A stretch of 64,000 bases of DNA from Chrysomallon squamiferum (Eukaryota > Animalia > Mollusca). The position numbers were made by a program, and so were the translations under genes. Where the stretch lies: NCBI GenBank assembly GCA_012295275.1, contig CM022666.1, positions 8,060,001 to 8,124,000 on the forward strand, written 5' to 3'. Shown piece after piece: positions 26,317 through 64,000 of the stretch; position 1 is the first letter of the stretch; the number at the start of each line of letters is the position of its first letter. A model generated the notes under the pieces. The model saw only the letters and a program-made list of their open reading frames with translations. It was not told the origin of the DNA and did no database searches.

Positions 26317-26980
26317 AACACACTGACTCTATTTCTGTCTCACACTTGCTCACTCTCTCATACTATCTCTCTATCTCTCCCATCCTTCTCTCTCTCTCTC
26401 AGACACACACACGTACACTCACTCAGTCACACTCTCTCTCACTAATCCCCAAACCCTCTCTCTTACATTCTCTCTCTCTGTCTATTTATCTCTTTATCTT
26501 TCCCCTCCTTCTTCCCTCTCTCTATCTCTGTCACACATACATACTCACTCTATTCTTCTCTCTTACTCACTCGCCCAGCATATATCATACATTCTTTCTT
26601 TCTATTTATCTCTCTGTCTTCCCCGCCCTCCCCCTCTCTCAATGCTGATGCTGAACAACGGCAACAGTTAGCAACCTTCCTATTTATTTATTATTTATTA
26701 CTATACTGCATACTAGCATACTAGTCTAAAAAGCCGAAAATAGAAAATATAATTAAATAAATAACGTTAAAACCAGTTATTAATTTACGAATATCACAGA
26801 ATCTAAATGCGCAGACTTCCTCTTGGAAATATAAATAATAATCACAGCCTGCACACCTGTATATTATTACTTATCTCATTTACAATCAAGCAACGTGACA
26901 TTTTGATTGGTATTATTTTTAATTATCGGAAAACAGCGGCAAAAATCATGCCATAAATCCGCTGAAAATATCCATTCTTT

Positions 26981-27011
<31 letters not shown>

Positions 27012-27182
27012 CTGGCGGGTCATTGGCTGACAGTACATTTACACGCGTCATCAGCACGTGACTGTCGTGACCCTTTTATTATTTTATCAACAATGGGTAA
27101 AAATATATTCGATTAAACGAATTTGTTTCATCTTCATTTTAATACGACGAAATGGGTTAAAGACGTTATGCATTTTTGAACA

Positions 27183-27271
<89 letters not shown>

Positions 27272-27642
27272 TAAACTGCAAAAGATATTGATAATTTATT
27301 CCAAAGCTTAATTTAATTTCTCATGAGATTTCATTCGTTTATTCATTCATTCATTCATTTATTCATTTATGCACCTTTCTGTTGATAAACCAGATGACGA
27401 AAAAAAAAAAAAAAAAAAAACTTGCTAGCTGGCATCACTTCTAAATTAATGTATCAAAGTACATTATTTATTTATTTATAAACTTTGATTCTATTCGTAA
27501 ACAACAAAAAAAAAAAAATAATAAAAATGTTGTGACATAAGGTTTACTAGATCACCAATAAATATTTTTAAAACAATGTACATTGTTTATTTTTTAGTGT
27601 CTATTTTTTAAATATGTGTGTGTGTGTGTGTGTGTGCGCGCA

Positions 27643-27723
<81 letters not shown>

Positions 27724-27878
27724 TACATTTTGGACAATTAAAAAATTATCAAAATATTATCAACGACCGCAGAACTGCAGTTATCATTATTCTTATTTTA
27801 AGTGTCACGTGATTTTAATGTAAATGATAAACCATAAGGGTTAACAACACTCGATTAGATATGTCGCTATTTAGTCGT

Positions 27879-27902
27879 GACGTCATTAAACAAATAACCA
27901 AT
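27879..27902 (+). promoter_or_regulatory. CRE palindrome (TGACGTCA) plus CCAAT box
   Basis: TGACGTCA at 27879-27886 and CCAAT at 27898-27902. Confidence 0.3.
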
Positions 27903-29908
27903 GAATTCTCGGGAAAACTAATTCCAACCAGTTAATATACACAAACGAACTGGATTATGTTTTATGTGCAAAAACCAGTGTACTTTGTGACACGTGTCAC
28001 TAACCCATTTTAATTTTTAAGTGGCCTGAAACAGACGATCTGTCATCTACTACATTTATTGTTGATAAGAATTAGTGGAAATAACAGCTGCAGAATTAAT
28101 TTTCATATATAAGTGAGTCTAAATCAATAATAAAGCTGTATTTATTTCCAGCATTTTGTTTTGTTTTATTTTGTTTTTGACCTGTATTCAAGACATTTTA
28201 AGTTTTGTGGTTGTTTGGTGACGTACAAAAGTGTCAAAAAATAACAAAGATGATGGCAATTTTCTTCTTCTTCTTCTATTACCAAAAGATAATTTATTTG
28301 CATCTTCTAATTAACATGAAAACACAAGTCTCGATCTCAGAAAACCCACCTATGGAGCACTGTCATTGACATACATCATACTACCTATAAACAGATAAAA
28401 ATAAAAATAAACTGTAAAATCTAGAAATCACTTTTTTGAGTATAAATATACAAAATAGGCCGGTGTTTTATAATAAAAGTGTCCATAAACTTTGATTGAT
28501 AGTGGTAGAAGGATAAAGCAGACGATAAGCAAAGATTTTTTTTCTCATCGGGTTCAGTGAAGTCGTGAATATTCGTCAGGGATCGTGAACTTTCGACAAA
28601 GATCACGGACACTGGTCGGGAAGCTACTGAATATAATAAATCAAATATTTTAAAAACACTAAAAAGAAGTTTTCGCTTTTGTTTAAGCCTCTTTGTTAAA
28701 CTTACTCGTTTATTCTAGAATATGTTTTACCGTCAAAGATCATTTTTATGCACGTTAGCTTGATAACTGAAATGGCAAAGTCAGTGACCAAATAAATAAT
28801 AAACGCTGTGATGAATGTAATTAGGGCCGATACCAGACTGTTATTTACGCTAGAAACAGGCCAGCTACTTGCATTCCTCTGACTACCATTAAAAAAATAA
28901 AATAATAAAAAAATAAATATTGCCAACTGGGATTATAATACGAGATCATTTTGATCCAAATATATTTAAGTTTAACGGGACTGTTAGTGGTGAACACAAT
29001 AACGTGGTTAAGAACTTACAATGAACTGTCTATAAACTCTTATGAACTTACAATGAACTGTCCATAGACTGTTATGAACAATGAACTACATTTTCCTGCA
29101 ATTATCTGTTGTCTTCTTCAAACAATAATTTGTATTAAGCTGTGACCCTTAAAGGTCAGCAATACAGCTCTGTCCGAGGTCTGACCCCAAAGCTGTGATG
29201 GCGTCGGTCATCAGTTTGGTTTAGTTGTTCATGCAAGCAAATGGACAGTTTGAGAATAAAAATAAACGAAACTCGTTTCTTGGAAGTTAATAGCTAAACA
29301 GCGTATTTTGTACCATCACAAATAAACTTTAATAAGAAAATTTTAAAAAATCGTCTTTTGGAAATATATTAAAATGTATCTGTATTAGTAAAGCAAATGT
29401 TCACAGTTGAGAAAATATCGGGTCTCACTGGCTTTGATGCGTGATGTATTAAATATTTCTATCTCTGTTGATGATAAACTGTTTACAACGCACTGCAGAC
29501 ATGTCTGAGGTCAAAATAACAGCTGGACAGACGAGGACAAAGGTAAACTGATAAAGTTGTTGATGTGGTCAGCTTGCTCCTCATATCATTCACTTGAATG
29601 CCAGGTGAGGTTTAAAGTGTGTGTGTGTCTATATATATATTAAAATAGTTTGTTTGGTAATCATTAAAGTGTATGTCTTTTCTTTCTTTTTTTTTAAATG
29701 TAAAAAAAAAATTAATAATAATTAAAAAAATAATAATAAAACTTTATATTTAGTAACTTATTATTTTGTTTGGTAATCATTAAGGTGTATCTGACTAAAA
29801 AATAAACCAGTAACTAAATAAATAAAAAGTAAAAGATTTTTATTTTTATTTACACGTCAATAATGATAAATTATGACAATAGAATATAATATTGTTACAA
29901 AACATTTG

Positions 29909-30050
29909 AATGCCGCCATTTTACACATTTACAAGAGGATACGTTACTCATGGCGAATAGGCCGGACTAATAGGTTTATTTTGTCCATCAACGCTTTAAG
30001 AAAACCAAAACAAACTGGTTCACCCTGTACGCAGTGACGTCACGGCGAAA
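29909..30050. promoter_or_regulatory. CpG-enriched promoter-like segment with YY1-type and CRE motifs
   Basis: GCCGCCATTTT at about 29911-29921 and GTGACGTCAC at about 30034-30043. CpG density is raised from 29.9 to 30.55 kb. Confidence 0.35.
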
Positions 30051-32189
30051 GAAATAGGGCGCACAGTTATTTTACGCCGTACTCTTTCGTTAGTGTACGT
30101 CGTAATTAAATCAAAATTGGATGGCAAAATCCGAAATAAAATATAATTAGGAAGTACGCAAAATATATTTACACTATTTATTTGTGTCTCTAAAGGTGAA
30201 TTTTAAATGGTTATATATTTTTGAGTTCATTTACGTGTGTGGTTAATACCCTATGAGATTGGCTTTTATTTCTTAAATGAATTTCTTAGGATCAAGATGA
30301 AAGGTGGTTCAAGAATTATGACAAAAGTGACGGTGATGTTCTTTAATGCGGATAGAACCATTTTCCCAAAGATGTCGGTCGTTGGATCATAACGAAGTCG
30401 TAAGTTCTGAGTACAGGACTCTTAGTCGAAAGTGTCGTTTACTTACTGTTACGATGTCGTCTGGTATCTGTCGTAATAAAGAGAATCACGGTGTCGTTAT
30501 TTTGTTTAGTACCCATGAGATGTTCGTTTCGTGCTGCGTCTGCGCACGTACGTAATTTTGACCCCTAAATTTGGACTCTGAATACCAAATTGGTGGACAG
30601 ATGTATTTATGTATATTTACTTTGTTGATTACATTGAACTTTATTAGAGAAAATTGTATTCATTAAGTACATCAATTATATGTTAAAACTTATAAAATAA
30701 CAACAAATTCTAATTAACATTTTCTAAATACTGGTACTAAAACGGTGAAAGCTTTGTATTCTCTGTTATTTGTTTTCTAATTTTGCCTTTGAGCCAATTC
30801 TGGGGAATGTAGCTTGACAGCAAAGTGCTGGCTGACGTAGAGAACAGCAGATTTAAATTATTTAAATTATGTATCGGTTACGTAATCACCTCAGTGGATA
30901 TTTCTTTGTTATGTGTTTAATTTATATATTTCTTTGTACCGTAATAATTTATGAAACTTCTGTCGTGTGTTTTACATTTTAAATTGTTCACTGTGTTGGT
31001 AGATCGGATTATAGACTGTCTGTTTCTGTTAACTGTGACGTTTGCAGTTTTAACCAGTGTTTACTTGTCCACTTGTTGTTTAAAGTGCAGTGGGTGTTTT
31101 ATTCTGTTTATTGTTTATACTCAGTTTTTCCCTATGAAAGTGTTGTAATATCAACCACATGCTGATTACACTAACTCCATCTGATAAATCTGAAAAGCTT
31201 TTCTGACACAGACAAAAGATAAATATTTATGTATGCTGTGAAACAGCTCACTTGTCGAATATAAAATATAAAATAACAAAGTTAAGATTACAGTAAAAAT
31301 ACTGTAATTTATATTACATCTTACCCTATCGTGCATATAATTAAAGTTTATTTTCTTTGAAAGCTATTACTGTCATTCAGGGGTAAATTTGCAATCTTCG
31401 GATTTTCATGCGTAATGTCCTGAAAACCAACTCAGACATGAAATTTTCTAAATGGTTGCATAATAATAACAGATACTGAATCATAGTATTATTCTGAATA
31501 CACAGAGGCCACTTGCAAAACTGTAAACTCTTTATATTGTGTCCGCAGAACATGTCAAAATGTTTCAATGATAAATTATTATAGTAAAAACAATCTATGC
31601 AGATTTTCTAAAATGTCTAGAGAACTTGATTTAACCACTTGATTTCCTCTCATTCAGAAAGAAATTTGGCCTGAAGATGTTTTAATTTAAAACTTCTTGA
31701 GTTATATCTTTTTCAGCCAGATTTACTGATTTTAGTAAATGCATTATAAATAACTATAAATCTGCATATGCAGAATTTTACACAGAAAATATAATCAAAA
31801 CTCCAGGCTCCTAGGTAAATTTGATCGAAACTTAAAGCAGTTTTACCCATATCCAAACTGGATCTGTTCATCAGTTTGGTACCAAAACTCGACCTGTTTC
31901 AAGGACTAATAGAGTTTTACCAAGTAAGCATGGCTGACAAACCCAAAATCGACGACCAAAATACTGTAAGCAGATAATGTGAGGGATTATCAGCATTTGT
32001 TTTTCATATAGTAATCAGAATGCACAGCGCAGATTACGCTTGGTTATCTTTAATAAACGACACTGTTTACAACAGCGTTGGACACGTTGTTACTATAGCG
32101 ACATCGTTCATAACGACAATTTCGAGATCATCAACATTTTGTCAACGACATGCTAACGATACTATTACACGTGACCTCAGCTTCGGGAA

Positions 32190-32887
32190 CATGGCCCCGT
32201 GTTGTTATAAATCTGGAGAGCATGTCAGACGGCTGATTGCATCGAGTGACCTCTTTACCTCCCGCAACAAAACAAATGTTTTCAGAACCTGTTTCTAATA
32301 TTTTAGCAGAATAATAGGGTTGCATCTATTTTTAAAAAAGGGCCTTCATTACGCCATTTATATGAACTTGCAGACCTCAAGGATCATGTGATCAGTTATT
32401 CTTAATAAGGTTTTGAAAAAAACGAAGAAAAAAAGCAAGAGACAGCTAGTGAGAGTTCTAATTTTTAGAAATTTGGTTCTACATCATCAGCATGGGTTTG
32501 AAAACAGTATATGATTAACAGACTAAGGAGCAGTTCTGGTGTTAAAAATTAAAAGAAAAAAGTAATAAATAAATAAATTATAATAAATAAATAAAGGTGT
32601 TATGAGTATTATTTAAAGGACACTTTGTTGATGCTAGTGGACATAGACATTTTATTATAGGCTACTTGCTGGTCAAGCACGATTTAAACCCTCTAGTTTG
32701 TCTTGGGTTCTCCAGTTTCATCAGGTGTCTGATGATACATTGAAAAGAAATAACCTTGGCCACACTCCAGTTGTCACACACAAGAGATGAAATTCTATTT
32801 TTTGGATCTGGTATTCTAAGATGACAAAGAAATTCTAGTGTTTATGTTGGTATCATTGTTCCATTGTGCATTTATGTATAAATGTGT

Positions 32888-32926
<39 letters not shown>

Positions 32927-33974
32927 AAATGTATTAACAGACATAGAAGCTGAGATTCCTTTGCTCAAATTAATATCCACTTTAGAAATGTTGTAAATAT
33001 GGTGAATTAACCGTATTTGGCTGAAAAATTATTATTAACACATATATGTTGGCATGGATACTAGTGATGATTTCAACACATTTTAATATTAACTGTTAAC
33101 GGACTATCAGTTATCCTGTTTGAGAATGATGAGAAAAAAATGTGTGGAATGTTTTATATCTTCTTTTTATTATTCACAGCTTCGGAATATTTACTGAATA
33201 AAAAACAAATTAAAACAATGAGCCCAGTTGAAGCACTGGGACTGACCCACTGACCATTGATGCCTCAGACTAAACTAAAAAAAAGAAAGAACTTTTAGTT
33301 TACATTTGCATGGCCCCGGGTTGTTATAATTTGGATAGCATGTCAAAGGGCAGATTGTACCGAGTGGCTTCTTTACCTCCCGCACCAAAACCAATGTTTT
33401 TAGAAATATTTAGGAGCAGAATAATTCGCATGAATCTGTATTTTAAAAAATGGCTTACTTTACACCGTTTATATGAACTTGCAGACCTCAAGGACCATGT
33501 GATCAGTTATTCTTAATAAGGTTTTGAAAAAAAGAAAGAAAAAAGCAAGAGACAGCTAGTGAGAGTTCTAGGATTTAGAAATTTGTTTCTGCAGCATCAG
33601 CATGGGTTTGAAAACAGTATATGATTAACAGACTAAGGAGGAGTTCTGGTGTTAAAATTAAAAGAAAAAAAAAGAAAAAGAAAAAAGTAATATATAAATA
33701 ATATGTGAAATGAGTATTGTTTAGAGGACACTTTGTTGATTCTAGTGGACATAGACATTGTATTATAGGCTACTTGCTGGTCAAACTCGATTTAAACCCT
33801 CTAATTTGTCTTGGGTTCTCCAATTTCTCCAATTTCATCAGATGTCTGATGATACAGTGAAAAGAAATAAGAAATGTAATTTTATTTTTTGGATCTGGTA
33901 TTCTAAGATGACAAAGAAATTCTAGTGTTTATGTTGGTATCATTGTTCCATTGTGCATTTATGTATAAATGTGT

Positions 33975-34015
<41 letters not shown>

Positions 34016-35113
34016 AAATGTATTAACAGACATAGAAGCTGAGATTCCTTTGCTCAAATTAATATCCACTTTAGAAATGTTGTAAATATGGTGAATTAAC
34101 CGTATTTGGCTGAAAAATTATTATTAACACATATATGTTGGCATGGATACTAGCGATGATTTCAACACATTTTAATATTAACTGTTAACGGACTATCAGT
34201 TATCCTGTTTGAGAATGATGAGAAAAAAATGTGTGGAATGTTTTATATCTTCTTTTTATTCTTCACAGCTTTGGAATATTTACTGAATAAAAAACAAATT
34301 AAAACAAAGAGCCCAGTTGAAGCACTGGGGACTGACCCACTGACCACTGATGCCTCAGACTAAACTAAAAAAAAGAAAGAACTTTTAGTTTACATTTGCA
34401 TGGCCCCGGGTTGTTATAAATTTGGATAGCATGTCAAAGGGCAGATTGTATTGAGTGACTTCTTTACCTCCCGCACCAAAACCAATGTTTTTAGAAATAT
34501 TTAGGAGCAGAATAATTCGCATGAATCTGTATTTTAAAAAATGGCTTACTTTACACCGTTTATATGAACCTGCAGACCTCAAGGACCATGTGATCAGTTA
34601 TTCTTAATAAGGTTTTGTAAAAAAAACGAAGCAAAAAGAGCAAGAGACAACTAATGACAGTTCTAGGATTATGAAATTTGTTTCTACAGCATCAGCATGG
34701 GTTTGACAACAGTATATGATTAACAGACTAAGGAGGAGTTCTGGTGTTAAAATTAAAAGAAAAAAAGAAGAAGAAAAATGTAATAAATAGATAAATAAAT
34801 CATAATAAATAAATAAATAATATGTGAAATGATTATTGTTTAGAGGACACTTTGTTGATGCCAGTGGACATAGACATTGTATTATAGGCTACTTGCTGGT
34901 CAAGCACGATTTAAACCCTCTAGTTTGTCTTGGGTTCTCCAGTTTCATCAGGTGTCTGATGATACAATGAAAAGAAAGAACCTTGGCCACACTCCAGCTG
35001 TCACACACAAGAGATGTAATTTTATTTTTCTCTGGAATTCTAAGCCGACAAGGAAATTCTAGTGTTCATGTTGGTATCAGTGTTCCATTGTGCATTTATG
35101 TATAAATGTGTGT

Positions 35114-35202
<89 letters not shown>

Positions 35203-36230
35203 ATATGTATGTATTAACAGACACAGAAGCTGAGATTCCTTTGCTCAAATTAATATCCACTTTAGAAATGTTGTAAATATGGTGAATTAACCTAATTTGG
35301 CTGAAAAATTATATTAAACATATATATGTTGGCATGGATACTTGTTAAACGATTTCAACACATTTCAATATTAACCGTTAACAGTCCACCTGTTATCCTG
35401 TTTGATAGTAATCAGAAAAAATGCATGGAATGTTTTATATGTTCTTTTCATTCTTCACAGCTTTGGAAGTGTCCAGTTGAAGCACTGGGGACTGACCCAC
35501 TGACCACTGATGCCTCAGACTAAACTAAAACAAGAAATAACTTTTAGTTTACATTTGCATGGCCCCGGGTTGTTATAAATTTGGAAAGCATGTCAAAGGG
35601 CAGATTGTATTGAGTGACTTCTTTACCTCCCGCACCAAAACCAATGTTTTTAGAAATATTTAGGAGCAGAATAATTTGCATGAATATATTTTTAAAAAAT
35701 GGCTTACCTTAGAGTTCTAGGATTTAGAAATTTGGTTCTTTACACCGTTTATATGAACCTGCAGACCTCAAAAAAAAAAATTAGAACAAAGAGCCCAGTT
35801 GAAGCACTGGGGACTGATCCACTGACCACCGATTCCTCAAACTAAACTAAAATGTGTGTATAAATGTGTGGTCAGAGAGAGAGAGAGAGAATTATATGTA
35901 TTAACAGACATAGAAGCTGAGATTCCTTTGCTCAAATTAATATACACTTTAGAAATGTTGTAAATATGGTGAATTAACCGTATTTGGCTGAAAAACTATT
36001 ATTAACACCTGTATGTTGGCATGGATACTAGCGATGATTTCAACACATTTTAATATTAACTGTTAACGGACTATCAGTTATCCTGTTTGAGAATGATGAG
36101 AAAAAAAATGTGTGGAATGTTTTATATCTTCTTTTTATTCTTCACATCCTTGGAATACTTACTGAATAAAAAAGAGAAGAGACCATTGGAATTGCTGTGA
36201 TCTGATCCACTGACCAGTGATGCCTCAAAC
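32190..36230. repeat. Tandem duplication, unit about 1.1 kb, 3 full copies plus rearranged partial copies
   Basis: catggccccg(g/t)gttgttataa occurs at about 32190, 33308, 34398 and 35558. Each unit has an (AG)n tract and ccagttgaagcactgggg (about 33223, 34312, 35473, 35794). Confidence 0.95.
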
Positions 36231-37024
36231 CCACAAGTCCCTGCCATTATTTAAAAAAAAAGCATTTAGCAAAATTTAGTAAAATAAAATAAATGACAAA
36301 AACAAGTAAATAACAGCCCAGTTTATTCAAGCCATGCATAGTTTTGGATGGAGCAGTGTTATTTTGTTTATTTGTAATGAATAACGAGTACACATCTGTA
36401 AATGAACAATATTACAGTTAATATAATGAAGGCAAACACAAATGAAAATGTTTTAGTAAGTAACTGATACAATTAGCTACACTTTGCTGATGAGGCTGGT
36501 TCTCTGCAGATTTCATGGAAGCCATGATCGTGGCTCTCAGCAAAAGAATAGTTTTATGAATTTACTGTTATTTTGTTTTCTCAACTGAATTTAGAATTTC
36601 AGATCTTATAACTATTATTATTATTACTATTATCTTAAAAGGAAAACAAAAACAAAACAAAAACAAACAAAAAAAAACAGGAAAAAAACCCCCAACAAAA
36701 CTTTAAAAAAAAGTACTAATAATTTGGTTTTATCCATGATTTTCTCAAATTTACTTTTTCAAAAATCCATTATTTTTCATTATTCCAAATATAATTACAA
36801 TATTTATCAAACTACATATATATATATATATATATATAATTACTGGTCAATTAGAAGTTTTACACATATATAATTAAAATAAAATAAAATAATATGTATA
36901 AACTACGCACATACGTAAAAAGACACAAGGCGGAAACTAAGGCACCTGAGGAAATACAATACTGGGTATTATAAAATTTTAAAAAAACCTTTGTTTTATA
37001 TCTTAAGTTTTTAATATATAAGAT

Positions 37025-37145
<121 letters not shown>

Positions 37146-39208
37146 AAACTGAAATTGAAATTTTAAGCATGAATAAAAATGAATTATAAACATTTTATGA
37201 AATCATTAATTAAAAAAAAAAAAGTTGCAAAAACTGGAGACAAGCATTATGAGGTAGGAAGCTAATAACAAAAAAATAAATAAATTTAAAAAAAATACAT
37301 TTAAAAAAAGGAACAAATAAGAATTATTTTTTCAAATCTTTAAATCATTTCTGACTATTAGCACTGGCCATTATAGCAATGTCTGAAAACAAAAACAAAA
37401 TTTAAGCATAATATATATATATATTTATTTTTTTTATTGTTGAGAATGTATTCTATTTATTGCTATATTTTAATAACTTATTAAAAACACTTTAATGAAT
37501 ATTTTGGAATTCATTATTTTAAGCTGCCAAGCTTGTTCTCTTTAACAGTCAAATTTAACTCTGATTTAGCAAGTAAATCTTAACGTACATGTGAGTATGA
37601 GTATATATATATATATATATATATATTTCAAACTAATTATTATTATTATTTTTTTATATTTGTAAAAATTATTATTGTTGTAAATAACACAGATTATATG
37701 TATATATATATATATATTATATAAATATACAGATACCTACATACATAAAGGCATGTACAGATGTTCATGACTGACAGCACAAAGTAATCTGGTAGTTTTC
37801 CTCTGATTTCTCACTGTTGATGAACCAAATGATAAAGAAATGATAAAATCATTAATTCTTTTATTAGACAGTGTTTCTCTGAGCTTGGAGACATTTACGG
37901 CAAAATTTTGGCAGAAGTTTATTTTTGCCTGTTCAGTGCAAGCATATTCTTGTTTAAGTCTGAGCACATTTGTTTTGATATATTATATGTCTTATTTGTG
38001 TTTTCACTCAGTTTGCAGGCTGAACAGTTGAGAGTCTGACAGTCTTTTACAAGTAAAACAGAACTTTCCATAGATGTCAGCTCTGATTTCTCATCTCTTT
38101 TTGAACAAATTTCCAAACACTGGTTTAAGCAAGTCAGAAAACAATAAAAGACTAATAAAATGACAGCTAAAGGAAGTAGTAAAATTTTTGTATGCTAATA
38201 TTTTTTATTTTCCTCTTTCATCATACCTGATTTTACTGCTTGACTGGTTCTTATGTTTTAATTTATATACGCACGCACACATATATAAATAAAACAAAGT
38301 TTGTATTTTTATTTTTTTTATTATTATTATTTTTATTATAATAATGACTTAAAGCCTTTTGCTTTTGTTTTAAAGTAAAACATTTTTTTCCCCTGTCATC
38401 AAAAGCTTATTCTTGTTAACAGCTGTGTAGTCAATTCTCAACATTGCTTTTTTAAGTTCTTTTTTCAGAAAAAACTAAGACAATAGTAACTGTTCTCTTT
38501 TGCACACATTTTCTCAAATTATCTTTAATTTCTTAAAATCATTTTAAAAATTTTTACTTCTGAAAAAAATTTCATTTTTGGAAAATAATAATTTAATTTA
38601 ATATTAATAATGATAATAAATAAATAAATAAATAAATAAATAAAAATAAATTAAAAATGAAAAAAAAAAAAAAAAAAAAAAATTACAACCAAGAAAAGAA
38701 AGAGAGAATACACAAATATTATATTTTACCATCTCTCTAGTACATCAATAAATAACTACAAATTCTATTATGAGAAATAATACACACTTAAAAACCTATT
38801 CTACCTTTGTAAATAACCATGTCAATACAAGATACAAATTTCTACAGTAACAACTAGAAAGCAGTATAATCATGCAGTTACATATGTCATCAACTTCCAT
38901 GACTGTCTCATCATCTAAAATCTGTCGACTTCTACAGCAAACCTGACTATGGATCACTATCATAATATCCAAACCGCGGCAATAAAATAAGCTAAGTATC
39001 ATAATCCATAAATCTTCTTTTCATCAGTTTTGTACATTGTTTGTACAACAACTGAACTCCATTATTTTCTTTTCAACTCCCAAATGAACAGGATCATTTT
39101 CTTTTTTTGACTAATATTCTTCAATACCTTTTGACTTTTTCAAAAACTGTTGACTATCTTGGTTTGAAGTTTTCTTCTTCTTCTTCTTCTTTTTGACTAA
39201 ATGTTAGT

Positions 39209-63484
<24,276 letters not shown>

Positions 63485-64000
63485 TTTCTTTTCAAGCAGA
63501 ATTTTATTCAGATTTTTATTTTATTTGATTTTTTAAAAATGGGCGGGCAATTTCAAATATTTCAATACCGTGACTACTGACTGGTTATAATAATAATTCA
63601 ACCGTGACCGATTGTAAAAAATGCTTCCATAATGTTAAACCTTGAATAACTAAAAATTGCTCCTGCATCAGTCTTGAATGGCTACAATAAAGCTGCAATG
63701 TTATCAACCATGATAGCCAATAATAATAATAATATAATAATAATAACAAATGTATCTGCTTATAATAAAGCAGTTTATAAACAAAAATTGTCTTCAATTG
63801 AAGAAAATGTTTTCCTTATATATATGTAAATAAAAAAGGATCAAATTCACTATTTTTCCCAAAGTTCAGAAAAAAAATTTGTCACTAGTGTTAAAGTAGG
63901 TGACCACAGCACCTGTTTCCCTTTTAACTGGAAACTTCTGTTCTGTTCCTTATTTTTTTCACACAGAACATGTAGAACAATAATCCAAGTAACAAATTTC

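Noticed and set aside
31930-31977. ATGGCTGACAAACCC (MADKPKIDDQNT) resembling a beta-thymosin start
   Set aside because: No LKKTET motif follows and I found no compatible downstream exon. The similarity is limited to five residues.
33125-33200. ATGATGA...CTGA spacing in the 1.1-kb repeat as a C/D box snoRNA cluster
   Set aside because: There is no terminal stem, the would-be guide before the D box varies between copies, and the boxes are lost in the third unit.

Overview
This is AT-rich, microsatellite-dense genomic DNA from an invertebrate animal. A mollusc is likely, inferred from repeat style and protein sequences, but not proven. Three protein-coding loci are supported, all on the minus strand. 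(1) A single-exon Spot14/MID1IP1 (MIG12) family gene at 4974-5486 with TATA and CCAAT boxes. (2) A tandem array at about 12.0-25.3 kb of an intronless 441-aa type II membrane protein with a GalT/HIT-like domain (CDFC ... GVSQIHPHMH). It has two intact copies, two copies with single-base frameshifts and one 5' remnant whose upstream spacer carries a pogo-like transposon relic. (3) A PINCH/LIMS (five-LIM) gene at 39209-63484, which I reconstructed by hand with phase-consistent exons. PINCH has two paralogous coding first exons (63312-63484, missed by the ORF track, and 60972-61150), two paralogous versions of the LIM1 first zinc-finger exon (59017-59127 and 50065-50181) and a GC-AG intron. The rest is tandem duplications (about 1.1 kb units at 32.2-36.2 kb, about 2.0-2.2 kb units at 52.4-56.9 kb), minisatellites (33, 25 and about 52 bp units) and a possible weak plus-strand transcription unit at 27.9-30.4 kb. 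Most short ORFs in the track are microsatellite artefacts.
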